Positions 31,178-44,145 of a stretch of 60,298 nt of DNA are shown piece by piece (position 1 is the stretch's first letter; each line of letters opens with the position of its first letter). This DNA comes from Spirogloea muscicola (lineage: Eukaryota). The DNA lies in NCBI GenBank assembly GCA_009602725.1, contig WELB01000017.1, forward strand, positions 488,855-549,152, in the 5' to 3' direction. The position numbers and the translations under genes are program-made. The notes beneath the pieces are model-generated. The model worked only from the letters and a program-made list of their open reading frames with translations, ran no database searches and had not been told where the DNA came from.

Positions 31178-31623
31178 AGCAGAGGATCTGGAAGCTCAGC
31201 TTTCCCTGGCCCCTGGTGACCCCTTGTAAATGAACTTGGTAATGACAGCAATGACCCCCACCAGGGTAACAAGAATTGTGATCTTTCCGTCTGCGCAGCA
31301 ATTTATTTATGTTACAATGCAGGCCTATTGCAAGGTGGACTAGCATGTGCATTGTCCATGACATGACCAGAGCATGAGAGGTGCGCTTGACTAATGATCA
31401 GGGTCGGAGAATCACATCTTTTTGCATGGCTTCTGAGAGCAGTTCAGGGAAAGTGTTCGACATAGTGAAGTCCAGCTCAAGCAAGTGTATCATCCCGTCC
31501 TGCATATCACTAATTGCTCTTTCTGGAGGGTACAAGGCAGTGTAGTGTGTATGCCGCAGCTATAGCAGCACTTATTCACAGTTTTTAGCCGAGGATTAGG
31601 GGATATCTGAAGCCCCTAAGCCC

Positions 31624-32846
31624 CTAACCAGAGAAAAACCGCTTCCAAGATTGCCAGGGCAAGAAGCCACCTGTGTGCTCCACAGAAGCAGTCAATGTCT
31701 AGTCACTAAGCATACCCATAGTGCTAGCTAACGAACAGAAGTATGTCAGGACGTTCTAGTACTCACCACATGCTGAACACCTTCGATAGTATCGTCCTCT
31801 CAGCTCAAGGCCTGTCCCTCGGCACACCTTGCATTGCTGCTGTGCAATCTGGCAGCACACCATCACCACCTGTTCGCTGTTAGCATCACGTTCCACAAAT
31901 CGGCGATGCTCTGCACAGCTCCTGTCATGAACTAGTTCTTGTGCTAGGGCCCGCTGCTTTAAGCAGAACAGGCAAGTAAGTCCACACAATCAGGCTTTAA
32001 GTCAGTCGCCTCTTTGCTGAGCTACAAGAATAATTTGTTCTTTCAGATAAGTGAGCTTACAAGTGTCCAGGCAGTCGGGCCTGGTCATGGGGGCAGAGTC
32101 GAGTCAAGTCAAGGCTTACAATTCGCTTGCTGAACTTGATGCCAGCAACCACAAAGGGCAGCACACCAGCTGCACGCTAGGTGTACTGTCAGCAGTATTT
32201 AATTTCGCGCTTGCTTCATTCCAGCTTGGCACTTACACGTCGACGAAGATTTAAGGTCTAGGATTTGATTTTAGGGTTTACGTTTTAGGGTGATCTGCTG
32301 GCAGAGACGAGCTCGAGTAAGATCGCAAGTGATGCAGGGCCCCTAAGCTGACCTGCAGCTCCAAGGGCAACCTCGGGCGTGATCTCGGACCTGCCGACTG
32401 CGTAAGCCGCGTCGCCTACGACCTCCACAGATGCGCGCGCGGCGCCGCTGCGCGCCCGTCGCCGGCCTGGCTGAACAGCCCAGAGGGCACTACATGAGGA
32501 TCCAGGAGAGGTGTTGAGCAGTGCAGGTGAGGATAACAAAGGCGCTCGCTCGAGATCGGTCACCACCATCAGCTGGCACACGCAAGGAGGCCGTCGTGCC
32601 GCAGCCAGCCAGTCAGCCGTGGTGATGTAAAAGCAACGGAGCGGGTAGCCCGTCGGTCGGCGTGCTCACCTCCTGGCCCGTCGCGGCCCACCGCCGCGCC
32701 GCGCCGGGCTGTACCCGCGAGACCCGGAGACGGTCGCCCGCCGGAGCTGGCCAGGCTCGGCTCTCAGAGCTCGGCGCCGGTGGGGCGCCCGCCGCGGCGG
32801 CGGCGCCGGCGGCGGCGGCTGCGACGGCTCCACCGGGGCCCGCCAT
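31624..32846 (-). CDS. Plastid-type DnaJ-like zinc-finger protein with a transmembrane segment, multi-exon
   Basis: IAQQQCKVCRGTGL..RRCSACGGFLPWQSWKRFFSG*; hydrophobic VLPFVVASIKFSKRI; transit-peptide-like N-terminus. Confidence 0.8.
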
Positions 32847-33179
32847 GGCGGGAGCCGGAAGAGACAGACCTCTGCACCTGGCTATCTTTCACAGCATAGC
32901 AGCTACTACCAGCATGTTATCAGCATATCAGTTATATTCTTTCTCTTCCAGGCTTTAAATCATCTACTATGGGGAAAAGCTGGCTTGGTCGGAGAGAGCG
33001 CGTTGGGAGGGCCACGTGGCGGGCCCTGCGGGGAGCGCAGGGGGCAAACTCTTGCCCGTTGGGGCCGTCAGCTACCAGTTTTGCCGTTTGCTGGCGCCGT
33101 CAACACGGGCCCGCGGGCCCGCGCCCGGTCACGGATTCAAATCCTGGCCAGCCCGCGCCGCCCTCCTCGCCGCCGCCAC

Positions 33180-36057
33180 CCTTCTCGCCGCCGCCGCCGC
33201 CGCCGCCGCGGCCGNNNNNNNNNNNNNNNNNNNNNNNNNNNNNNNNNNNNNNNNNNNNNNNNNNNNNNNNNNNNNNNNNNNNNNNNNNNNNNNNNNNNNN
33301 NNNNNNNNNNNNNNNNNNNNNNNNNNNNNNNNNNNNNNNNNNNNNNNNNNNNNNNNNNNNNNGGCGTCGGCGGCGGCGGCGGGCCGCGCGTCGACCCGCG
33401 GCCGCTGGGCGACCGCGACTGGCAGCGCGGCTGCATCGCCGCGCTCGTCGCCTACCTCGCGGCTCACGGCTACGACCACGCCATCTCTGCTAAGCTGCTC
33501 ACTGCGCCGACGTCCAAAGAGTTCCTTCACGTCGTCCAGTTCCTCTTCAAGGTCACACCACTGCGCCAGCACTCCCAGTCGTTGCCGTTGGCACTGGCCG
33601 CCATGACCACTGGCGCCGGCGACGCCGCTGCCTCCTGACTCCTACGTTGGTTACCGCCGCGCCGCCATGCAGCGGGTCGACCCCAACATCCGCTTCATTG
33701 GCAAGCCCGAGGACGAGATTCCCGTCGTGTTCAAGCGCCTGGGGTACCCCTTCACGGTGCGGCCTTCTCGCCGTCTGCCCTTGTGCTGCCAATGCCGCCG
33801 GTAGCCTGGGAACAGCGACTGAGACGAAGAGGCGTTGGTGGCGCTGCAGATCTCCAAGTCGGCGCTGTACTCGGTGGGCAGCCCGCACACGTGGCCCGGC
33901 CTGCTGGCAGCGCTGTCGTGGGTCGTGGAGCTGCTCACGTACGAGGAGCGCGCCGAGGAGGGCAAGGCTGCTGCCGCTGCCGGCGGCGGTAGCGGCGGCG
34001 GCAGCGGCTTTGACGACAGTGGCCAGCGGCTCTTCTTCGAGTATGTCGGAGGCGCCTACCAGCAGTACCTCAGTGACGACCGGTTCGACAGCGAGGCGCT
34101 GGACGAGGCACTGGGCGCGCGGTTCGCCGAGCGCGACGCCGAGGCTGCAGCAGAGCTTGAACGCCTCGACATCGTGCATGCCGAGCTTGCTGCGGAGGCC
34201 ACAGTGGCCAAGGCGCGCCCACCTCCGCTTGCCGCGCTCGAGGCGCGCCGCACCGACTTTCTCTCGGACATTGGCAAATTCAACAAGCTGGTCACCAATC
34301 TCCAGGTTTGCTACGCACCGCTGCACGCGGCTGCCATTGTCGTCCAGCGGCTGGCCTACCATGACTTCCGTTATGTCGTGGACTTGCTGATGAGCTCTGG
34401 TGCAACTGTGGGTGGGCGTGCGGCGCAGCAACACAAGGTGGCGCTGGAAGCCAAGGTAGCGGAGCGGCATGAGGAGCTGGGGGTGCGCAGCGCCGAGCTG
34501 GCGGCAGCCGGCACCGAGAACGAGGCACTGCGGGCGCGTGTGGCGGCGCAGTCGGTCAATCTGGCCGACGCGGAGCGCATGGGCCGCGAGCGCAGCGCCG
34601 CGGAGACGGCGCTGCGCGGCGTCGCCGGCCAGCTGGAGGAGCTCGAGCGCGCCGTATGGGCTGCCGAAGTGCAGCTCTCGCGGCGCCTCGAGGAGCTCGA
34701 GGCTGCCGTGCGGCTCTACCACACTACCGGCGACAGGTCGCCCCCCCTCCCCATCTCCGCGCTTGTGTGCGTGCGCTCACATGCTCGCTAATGTCCTGTC
34801 TTTCTTGTGTTCCCTCCGCCTCTCAATTTCATCTCGTTGTCCGTCCTGTCCAGCTTTAGCTGAATGCTGTCCAAGTGTGCATTCTGTCCAGCTTTTGGCT
34901 GAACGCTGTCCAAGTGTGCATTCGCGATGTGGCAATGGCAGAGTTGCCAAAGCCTCTGACTCTGACGAGCATGCGAAACTTGCACGCTTGCGCTTCTGTC
35001 CTGGGCCACAGGCTGAAGGTCATTCCTGCGAGTGCCAAGCGCGCCGGCGGCGTGGCATATGAGGTGGCGCTTAACAGCCGCGCGAGCAGGCCCGAGGACA
35101 TGCTCGGTGTCGACGTCAAGGGCCTCATCAAGCCCGCGCTCGCCGCGCTCAAGGACAGCTACGCAACCAGGGCCCGTGACGGCCAGCAGAATCTCCTGGT
35201 GCTGCAGGTAACCCGACCGCACCGCCACTGTCGTCCACCAACGCTGCTGGCATGCTTGGCTATCATCAGCTCGTGGACAGTGATGGGCTCGATGCTGAAT
35301 GAAGCGCCAAGTTCATGGGTTTGCAGGAGAAGGTGGACGCAACTAGCGAGGGGCTGGCAGAGAAGCAGGAGCAGACGGCCGCTCTGGAGGCCAGCAACCG
35401 CAAGGTACAGTGACCACCATAGCACAGTGGCCATGTTGCTGCCTAGTTTTCCAGCTTGAGCTACTGCAGCACCTCGTTGTTGGCAGTGCTCATACATGCA
35501 GCCTTGGCTGCAACTGTCGGGCCGTTGTTGCTGCAGCTAGAGGCACAGTTCAAGGAGGAGAAGGCGGAGGCGGAGGCAGAGTTTGGTGCGCTTGCAGCAG
35601 AGGCGCGCCGTTGCTCAGATGCCGCCGCGGCGGCACGCACTGCCGCAGGGGAGGACCTTGCTTCCAGCCAGGCGCAGTACGAGGTACGGCTGCCACAGCA
35701 GGCTCTTGCGCGTCCACAGCGTGTTGCCATTATGGCTACTACTGTTTCTCAGGATGGCAGCGTGGCTAATGTTGTACTGGAGCGGTGGTGGCACTGCAGG
35801 CAGCAGTGGCAGAGCGCGAGCATGGGGCGGCAGAGTGCCGACAAGAGGCTGCGGCGCTGGGCGTGTCGCTGCTTGGCGCGCTGGATGCGCTCATGAGCCA
35901 CAAGCAGCACGTGCAAGACACACTCACGCGCCTCCAGGCAGTCACAGAGCGCGCACTAGGGGCACCTCTGAATGGTACCACGCTGGCCATGCTAGCAGAA
36001 GACAACAGTAGTGGTAGTGGCGTCGGGATTGACTTGCCATCACTGCACATTCGATAA
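33180..36057 (+). CDS. NDC80: Kinetochore protein NDC80/HEC1; start lies in or near the N gap
   Basis: DPRPLGDR..L..HGY..PTSKEF..FLF, EDEIPVVFKRLGYPF, ISKSALYSVGSPHTWPGLLAALSWVVEL (CH domain), then long coiled-coil exons. Confidence 0.92.
34846..34923. repeat. Tandem duplication of about 39 bp in an NDC80 intron
   Basis: ctgtccagcttt..gctgaa.gctgtccaagtgtgcattc occurs twice. Confidence 0.85.
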
Positions 36058-36501
36058 TAAAGTGGCTCTTCAGCAAAGCTGCTCAGGATAATCGTTGCGG
36101 CTGAACGGCCACTGCCCTGGGCTGCTTAATGGGGTGGCTTCGGCGGCTAATGCTACAAAGGAATGTCCAAAGGATCGGAAATGGGGTGGGCCATTACCAC
36201 TACTGACGTGGCAGGCTTCCAAGCTATTTCATTGGGCTTGCTGGAAGGAGATATGTGCTGCTTGCAACCACTACAGACAGGGCCCCACCAACACTCTAAA
36301 TGGGGATGCGGCATGGCTGCCACCACCATCCTGAGGCCTCATGTCTGCTGCAGGAGGGCTGTACTGGCTTGAGTGTTGAAGTGACAAGGTCTTCTTTCGG
36401 TGGTTGCATGCCAGTGGAGAGAAGTTGCAAGACTGAACGTTTGCTGTCAGTGTAGGTCAGGTCTAACATCAAGGGGCGCCGTTTTGTGAAAGTCAGCACT
36501 T

Positions 36502-38438
36502 TCAAGGGCGTGTGCCAATGTAAGACACAACGACTGTGATGTCGTCCATCTTGCCGCCATAGTAGCGAAAGCCGGCATCCTGTGCAGCACGTGAGAAGGG
36601 CGTCTGGCGCAGGCGATCGGCAGCACGCACCCGCGCAAGTGCCGCAATGCGCTGTGCAGTTTCAGCAGGGCCCGAGCCTGCTCGCGACGAGTGCACCACC
36701 ACGCTGTTCAGTTCCGTGTCGTACACATTGTCAAAGAGGCCGTCAGTGCCCACCACGAGCACGTCGCCCGCAGCCACTGGCACCTCAAAGACCTGCGCAC
36801 AGCATGCACGGCCAGTCGTGTCACTGCATTTGCAGCAGGAGCAGGCTGGTAACTAAGGTTGTTGAGGTACAAGCAAGAAAAAGGGCAGCAACAGGATGGA
36901 GAATGGAGAGGGGGGAAAGAGCGGGAGGGAAGCTGATAATGTTGGAGGGGTGAGGGAGGGAGTGAGGGAAGGGCTAACAGGGGACGCACTTGCGCAGACT
37001 GTGGCGAGTCGCTGCCATCGGAGCCGAGCTGGAAGGGGAAGTTGAAGCCGTGCTGCTGCGACGGCGACTTGAAGAGGGTGCGGCCTTCGCGGATGACGAC
37101 GAAGCCACTGTCGCCCAGATTTGCAGCGTGCAGCTTCTGCGAAAGCACCAGGTGTGTGAGAAAGGCAGCTCGACCAGGCAACCCAAGAGCCAGCAGCCAG
37201 CAGGGCAGAGCTCTGTGTGGCCCTAGCAAGCGCTGGCGCACAGTGGTAACGGCAGCCGGCCCACAGCCACAAAGGCGGAGGCGGCTCACATTATCGGCGA
37301 GGATGAGGATGCACGCGGTGGAGGAACCGCGCGAATGGGTGGCGGCGTGCGCGGCAACGAGCGCACGCAGCGGGTCGGCTACGGAGGGCGCCTCCTGCTG
37401 GCGCACGGCGGCAATGGAGTTGCTCATGAGCTCCCGCGCATACTGGCCGGCGTCAACGCCGACGTCAGCCCACCCGCCAACGCCGTCTGCCACGCCCACC
37501 GCCGCGTCGGCGCAGATGAAGTGCGAGTCCTCGCCGCCCTTGTCCACCTTGTCCGGGTGCGGCAGGCTGCACGCCGTCGACTGCAGCCGCAGCGACCCTG
37601 CACCTCCAGATGGCTTCCTGCTCGGGTGCCGCCAATGCTGCTGCCAGTCAAGACCCTAACTGCAGCTGCAGTGCCATCAACAGGGCACAGTGGGCGCTTA
37701 TCATCCGTCTAAGTGGCATTTACCCATAACCTAATTTGCTCGATACTTACTTGCCATCGCAGGCGATGCCGTCGCTGGCAGCGTGCAGCGGGCCGTCCGA
37801 CACGGCGCCGGGCTGGCAGTCCGCCGCGCCGCCGCCAACCGCGGCGTCCTGGAGCGCGCGGGCCAGGGCCGGGAAGCCGCCACTGCCGCCGCCGCCGGCG
37901 TCCGGCAGGCGCGGCAGGCCGGCGCCGTGGCAGAAGTGGAAGGCAAAGGAGCGGCAGAGCAGCGCCTGGAGNNNNNNNNNNNNNNNNNNNNNNNNNNNNN
38001 NNNNNNNNNNNNNNNNNNNNNNNNNNNNNNNNNNNNNNNNNNNNNNNNNNNNNNNNNNNNNNNNNNNNNNNNNNNNNNNNNNNNNNNNNNNNNNNNNNNN
38101 NNNNNNNNNNNNNNNNNNNNNNNNNNNNNNNNNNNNNNNNNNNNNNNNNNNNNNNNNNNNNNNNNNNNNNNNNNNNNNNNNNNNNNNNNNNNNNNNNNNN
38201 NNNNNNNNNNNNNNNNNNNNNNNNNNNNNNNNNNNNNNNNNNNNNNNNNNNNNNNNNNNNNNNNNNNNNNNNNNNNNNNNNNNNNNNNNNNNNNNNNNNN
38301 NNNNNNNNNNNNNNNNNNNNNNNNNNNNNNNNNNNNNNNNNNNNNNNNNNNNNNNNNNNNNNNNNNNNNNNNNNNNNNNNNNNNNNNNNNNNNNNNNNNN
38401 NNNNCGCCGCCGCCGCCACGGCCGCCGCTGCCGTCCAT
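36502..38438 (-). CDS. PP2C protein phosphatase, PTC7-like clade; 5' part partly in the N gap
   Basis: PHPDKVDKGGEDSHFIC..GVADGVGGW, GSSTAC, ANLGDSGF, QQHGFNFPFQL, GDVLVVGTDGLFDN, GGKMDDITVVVS. Confidence 0.92.
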
Positions 38439-38779
38439 CGCGGCCCTCGCGCCGGATCGCGCGCCGCTGGCCGCGGCGCGCTCCCCGGGGGGTGAGGGTG
38501 TCAATCGGCGGTTAACGGGTGAGGTGTTAGTCGGCGGTTCCACAATCGCGAGGGCTGCTTAGGATCGACGGCCCGCCGGATAACTCAGGCCCGCTGTGTT
38601 TAGCTGGGCTGGCCGTTAGTGCCCTGTTAACACTCAGGCCCTCACATCACTCAATACCGCCTTTGCCTTCGCCCAAACAGTCGATTGGCTCAAGTTGACC
38701 TCCCCTTCAACTAATGCACACCGCGCCCCCTCTGTCCCCCAAGTTTGCCTAGCTGTGTATTTCCCTCCTTTCCGGCACC

Positions 38780-40930
38780 TGTTGTGGCTCTTTGGTGTTT
38801 GTCCATTCCTTCTTGTCTGGCTTCTGCCAGCTCCTGTTTTCTATGGTCGAGCTCCTCTATCGCCTGGCCGTCTCGCTGCAGAAGAGTGATCGCCCATTGA
38901 GAATAGGGGCTGGAAAAGCCAGCCCAAAAAAGAATCAACAAAGGACAAGAAGAGGGCCAGGGGAAGCGCTAAGAAAAACAAGCACACACACAAACAAAGC
39001 AGCTACGGATCACTCAAAGACCCCTGCCGAGTCTGGGGAGCTGGCCGCTCATGTTCTGCGCTGCGCCCACGGCGGCGAGCGGACAGCGGCGAGCGGCCCA
39101 CGACCGCCACCGCGATGCGATGCATGGCATCCTGTTGGAGGCTGGCTTCTCCGTGGCAGCGGAGCACTCCGGCATCATGCCGATCCAGGAAAGGGCCGAT
39201 GGTCTCCTCGCCCGGCGTGTAGACCTGGTGGCCACCCCACAGGCCGGCGGGCCACGTCTTCTCCTGGACGTGGTGACCACCGATGCATATGACCGCTCAC
39301 ACCCAGCCCAATGTGCGACCAAGGCTGGGCATGCGGTCGCCTTCGCTGCTCGGGCTAAAGAGCTGAAGTACGCCGACCATCCGCAGGAAGACGAGTTCTT
39401 CCCGTTGGCCATTGACACCCATGGGGCGCTGGACGCTCGGTGGCTCGAGCTGCTCACCCAGCTCGCCCGCCACACCATTGCCCGTCGCTTTCATTGGGAG
39501 CCGGTAGACTTTCCTGCAGCCGGGTCGCTGGCGCAAGTGCATCGAATGCGCCTGGCCGTCTCGCTGCAGAGGTCTATGGCCCGGGCGTTGCACCTTCGTG
39601 CCGGCAGAGCCCTCGCTGCTGCCTCTGGCTCCGGCCAGGAGACCCACTTCCACGAGCCTAGCATCTCCGACCTGCGGCTGCTTAGCAGAGGTTACTGAGT
39701 GATTCGTAGCTCCTTTGTTTCTCTGTGTGCTTGTTTTTCTTAACGCTTCCCCAGGCCCCCTTCTCGTACTCTGTTCAGTCTTTTTTGGGCTGGCTTTTCC
39801 AGCCCCTATTCTTAATGGGCGAGCACTTCCTTCCTGCTAAGCAGCCTCAGGTCAGAGACGCTAGGCTCCTGGAAGTGGGTCCCCTGGCCAGAGCCAGAGG
39901 CAGCAGCGAGGGCTCTGCCGGCCCGCAGGTGCAGCGCGCGGGCCATCGACCGCTGCAGCGAGATGGCCAAGCGCATCCGGTACACCTGCGCTAGCGACCC
40001 GGCTGCAGGAAAGTCCACCGGCTCCCCATGGAAGCGACGGGCGATGGCGTCGCGGGCGAGCTGGGTGAGCAACTCGAGCCACCGAGCGCCCAACGCCCCA
40101 TGCGTGTCAATCGCCAGCGGAAAGAACTCGTCTTCCCGCGGATGGTCGGCGTACTTGAGCCCTTTAGCCCGAGCGGCGACGGCGACCGCATACGCTGCAG
40201 AGGTCTATGGCCCCGCGCGCTGCACCTTCGTGCTGGCAGAGCCCTCGCTGCTGCCTCTGGCTCTGGCCAGGCTGACGGGGGCCAGGGGACCCACTTCCAG
40301 GAGCCCAGCATCTCTGATCTGCGGCTGCTTAGCAGGGGTTACTGAGTGTCTCGTAGCAGCTTTGTTTCTGTTACTTAGCGCTTCCCCTGGCCCCCTTCTC
40401 GTACTCTGTTCATTCGTGCTCACCCGTGGGTACTAATGTCATCTTAGGTACCTTAGATTAGGTCTCCGTATTATGTAGCATTGTTTAGTCTGCACTCGAC
40501 TCTGCCTGAACAATGTATTGGCTTGAATTGGCCTCCCTTTCAATTCATGTGCCCCGCGCGCCTTCTCTCTTTTTCGGGCTGGTTGTTCCAGCCCCTATTC
40601 TCTCAATGGGCGAGCACTTTCTTCTTCTGGCCAGGGGACCCACTTCCAGGAGCCTAGCATCTCTAATCTGCGGCTGCTTAGCAGAGGTAACCGAGTGATT
40701 CGTAGCTGCGTTGTTTCTCTGTGTGCTTGTTTTACTTTGCGCTTTCCCTGGCCCCTTTTTCGTACTCTGTTCCTTCTTTTTTGGGCTGGCTTTCCAGCCC
40801 CTATCCTCAATGGGCGAGCACTTTCTTCGTCCGTGTCCGTCTCGCCCATTGAGGATAGGGACTGGTAAAAGCCAGCCCAAAAAAAACAGAACAGAGTACG
40901 AGAAGGGGGCCAGGGGAAGCGCTAAGAAAA
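38780..40930. mobile_element. Russian-doll nest of 5'-truncated CRE-like copies: X(+) 38860-40627 contains Y(-) 38883-40192, which contains Z(+) 39028-39832; a family-B copy (40416-40568) sits in the X 3' UTR; further termini to 40930
   Basis: TSD cgctgcaga at 38874-38882 and 40193-40201; cctgc at 39023-39027 and 39833-39837; the host sequences rejoin when the inserts are removed. Confidence 0.82.
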
Positions 40931-43900
40931 GGTTAGGGCCGGTCCAACCACCAGCGAACTTGCACGGGCAACAACCACCGCGCGGAGCCAGGCGGCGGTG
41001 GGTGGTCGTGGGGGCAGACCAGGCAGGCCTCCCGCGCCGTCCCCGCCCACGCCTCACCACTGGCAGTGGCTGGCAGGCCTCGACCTCGCCGCAGTTCACC
41101 GCCAGGCGGCCCTGCCGCTCCTTCGCCACGTTCCGCGCTGCTCCGCCCGGTGACGCAGCGGATCGTCGCGGACCACAGGGACGAGGCGGCGTGGAAGTTG
41201 TTCATCCTCTCCCCCCGGCTGTTGCTCGGGCGGGTCTCTCCCGACAGCCGCAAGCAGGGCCAGCAGCCCCTCTTGGAACGCGTCCAGTTCTTCGAGAGCG
41301 GGCACTGGGAGGAGCTCCTGGCGAGGTACGACGCAGACGTGGCGGCGTCCGCAGCCAACCCTGGTGGCCGAGGGGCAACACACGACCGGGCCGCCAGCGT
41401 CCGCAGGGCTCTTCGCTACGGCCACGCGGGTGAGCTCTCCCGGGCTGTGCAGGCCCTGGACGATGCGATGCTGGCGCCGCATCAATGCGGCAACCCGGGC
41501 GGCTCTGGACTCCCTCCACCCCCCGGCCAGCTCCCCCCTGCCACCGTGGTTGGCCGCGTTCGCCCCGCCGGAGGAGGTTGTATTGGAAGCCGACGCCCTC
41601 AGGAAGGCTATCCAGACCAGCCGTCGCACAGCCGCCGGCGGCCTCTCCCGCATACTAACTGAGCACCTGCGAGAGATCTTCCTCGAGGGTGAGGCGGCAG
41701 ACTTCGACGCGCTGCTGCAGATCTGCCAGCATATGGCCCGAGACAGTGTGCCGGCCAGCATCCGCGGCGTACTGTGCACCAGCACACTGCTCGCCCTCGA
41801 CAAGCCGAGCGGGGGAGTCAGGCCCATTGCTATTGGGGAGGTCCTGTACCGCCTGGTGAGCCGCATACTCTGGCAGCAGCATGCGGGGTCGGCGCAGGTG
41901 CACATGGCGCCACACCAGTACGGGGCGGGGCTGTGGAGTGGGGGCGAGGTCGTCGTCCACGGGGTTCGTGCGACCTTGGACCAGCACCCAGGGTGGCTGG
42001 TGCTGGCTGCTGACATGAAGAATGCCTTCAACACTGTGGAGCGTACCAGTACTGCGGAGGAGCTCCGGGCATCCTTCCCCTCCCTGGTACCCTTTTTCCA
42101 CTTGGGGTATGGTCAGCCCAGCGACCTCCTCTGACGGACAGGGGGTGATCAAGTGGAGGTCCTGCAGTCCCAAGCGGGCACGCGGCAAGGGGACCCCCTC
42201 GCCGGCTTCTACTTTGTGCTCGCTCACCACCGGGCTCTGCAGGCTACCGTGGCGGCACACCCAGGAGTCCTACTCCCCACCTTCGCGGACGACACCACCA
42301 TAGTCGGCCCTCCAGAAGACGTGGCGGCGGCCTTCGTCACCTATGAGCTGCAGCTGGCCACCCTCGGCCTGTCCTCCCGGGCGTCGAAGTGCGCGGCTTG
42401 GTCTCCCTGCGGCCTCCCACCCACCCTGTAGCTGCCCACCGGCTGCCAGACTCCAGCAGATGGCTGGGGGTCCCCATCGGCGCGCCGTCCTTCGTGGAGG
42501 GGCAGCTGCGAGCCCGCCTTGCGGAGAATCTTCAGCCTACGGCCCGGCTTCCCGAGCTGGACGATATGCAGCTGTCGTTGGCCATGTTGACCAAGGCCAT
42601 TGGGCAGCGGCCCCAGTACTTGACGCGGGCCACTCCGTCGTCCCCAGGGGCGTTGGCGGCGTACGCGGATTTCAACGCAGGCATGGTGGCGAGCTTGGCG
42701 GCCCTGGTTCGCCACCAGGGCTTCCTCCAGTCGCCAGCCGCTATTCACCAGGCGGCGCTACCCCTCAGCCACAGTGGTCTCGGCCTGCACCCGCTCGCCC
42801 GTTCTTGCCGGGCTGCATACCTCGGCAGCTGGGCGCAGACTGCCGCCTCCGTGGCCCAGCGCTTCATGTCCACAGCCGGCGTGCACTTGAGCAGGCGGTG
42901 GTGGAGGTCGACATGGGCGCGCTGCCGTTCCAGGTGTCGCTTCGCTCCGCCCACCAGGAGCTGCTCGCGGCGTACCCGGACCTGGCAGGCCAGGCGATCT
43001 CCTTTGCGCACCTCGCGCACACCGCTGACCTGCGCGTCCAAGCGCGCTTCGCGGCCGTGGTCGACAAGCCGCCTACTCCACCGCCGTGCTGCAGCTCCCT
43101 GAGACCGACTTGGCGGGCGCGCGAGACTTCAATTGGCCTCCTCTCCGGGGGCAGCGGCGTGGCTTCAGGCCCTCCCCATCAATGACGCCCTCACTCTCCC
43201 CGATGAGGTATTTGGCACTGCCGTCCACCGGCTCCTGAGACTGCCGCCTCCATGTCTCCAGGGCGTGCGTCAGTGTGTGTGCGGCGAGCGAGGGGCCGAG
43301 TCTGGGGAGCTGGCCGCTCATGTTCTGCGCTGGGCCCACGGCGGCGGCGGACAGCGGCCCACGACCGCCTCCGCGATGCGATGCATGGCATCCTGTTGGA
43401 GGCTGGCTTCTCCGTGGCAGCGGAGCACTCCGGCATCATGCCGATCCAGGAAAGGGCCGAACGTCTCCACGCCCGGCATGTAGACCTGGTGGCCACCCCA
43501 CAGGCCGGCGGGCCACGTCTTCTCCTGGACGTGGTGACCACTGCTGCCTACAACCGCTCACACACAGCCCAATGTGCCACCAAGGCTGGGTATGCGGTCG
43601 CCTGCGCTGCTCGGGCTAAAGAGCTGAAGTACGCAGACCATCCGCGGGAAGACGAGTTCTTCCCGTTGGCAATTGACATCCATGGGGCGCTGGGCGCTCG
43701 GTGGCTCGAGCTGCTCACCCAGCTCGCCCGCCACACCATCGCCCGTCGCTTCCATGGGGAGCCGGTAGACTTTCCTGCAGCCGGGTCGCTGGCGCAAGTG
43801 TATCGAATGCGCCTGGCCGTCTCGCTGCAGAGGTTTATGGCCCGGGCGTTGCACCTTCGTGCCGGCAGAGCCCTCGCTGCTGCCTCTGGCTCTGGCCAGG

Positions 43901-44105
43901 GGACCCACTTCCAGGAGCCTAGCATCTCTGATCTGCGGCTGCTTAGCAGGGGCTACTGAGTGATCCGTAGCTGCTTTGTTTCTTTGTGTGCTTGTTTTTC
44001 TTAGCGCTTCCCCTGGCCCCCTTCTCGTACTCTGTTCATGGCCCCCTTCTCGTACTCTGTTTGGGCTGGCTTTTCCAGCCCCTATCCTCAATGGGCGAGC
44101 ACGTT
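40931..44105 (+). mobile_element. Long 5'-truncated CRE-clade-like non-LTR retrotransposon with a disrupted RT-RLE ORF
   Basis: RT motifs GVRPIAIGE, QYGAG..GGE..H, DMKNAFN, RQGDPL, FADD, LGVPIG; RLE motifs AHDRLRD, RHVDL, LLDV, KELKY; ends LLSRGY* at 43959. In-frame stops at 42132 and 42429 and several frameshifts. Confidence 0.9.
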
Positions 44106-44145
44106 CTCCCCAAGTTAGCTCCCCAAGTTAGCTTGTCGGTTTTGT

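Noticed and set aside
37713..38562. Long ORFs across N gaps and poly-Ala/Arg/Gly ORFs, here and at 33000-33600 and 47780-48636
   Set aside because: Artefacts of gaps and GCC repeats, or antisense shadows of real genes.
38883..39833. Apparent terminal inverted repeats or twin-primed head-to-head insertion
   Set aside because: The TSDs show an antisense insertion into another copy instead. The similar arrangement at 40842-40930 remains unresolved.
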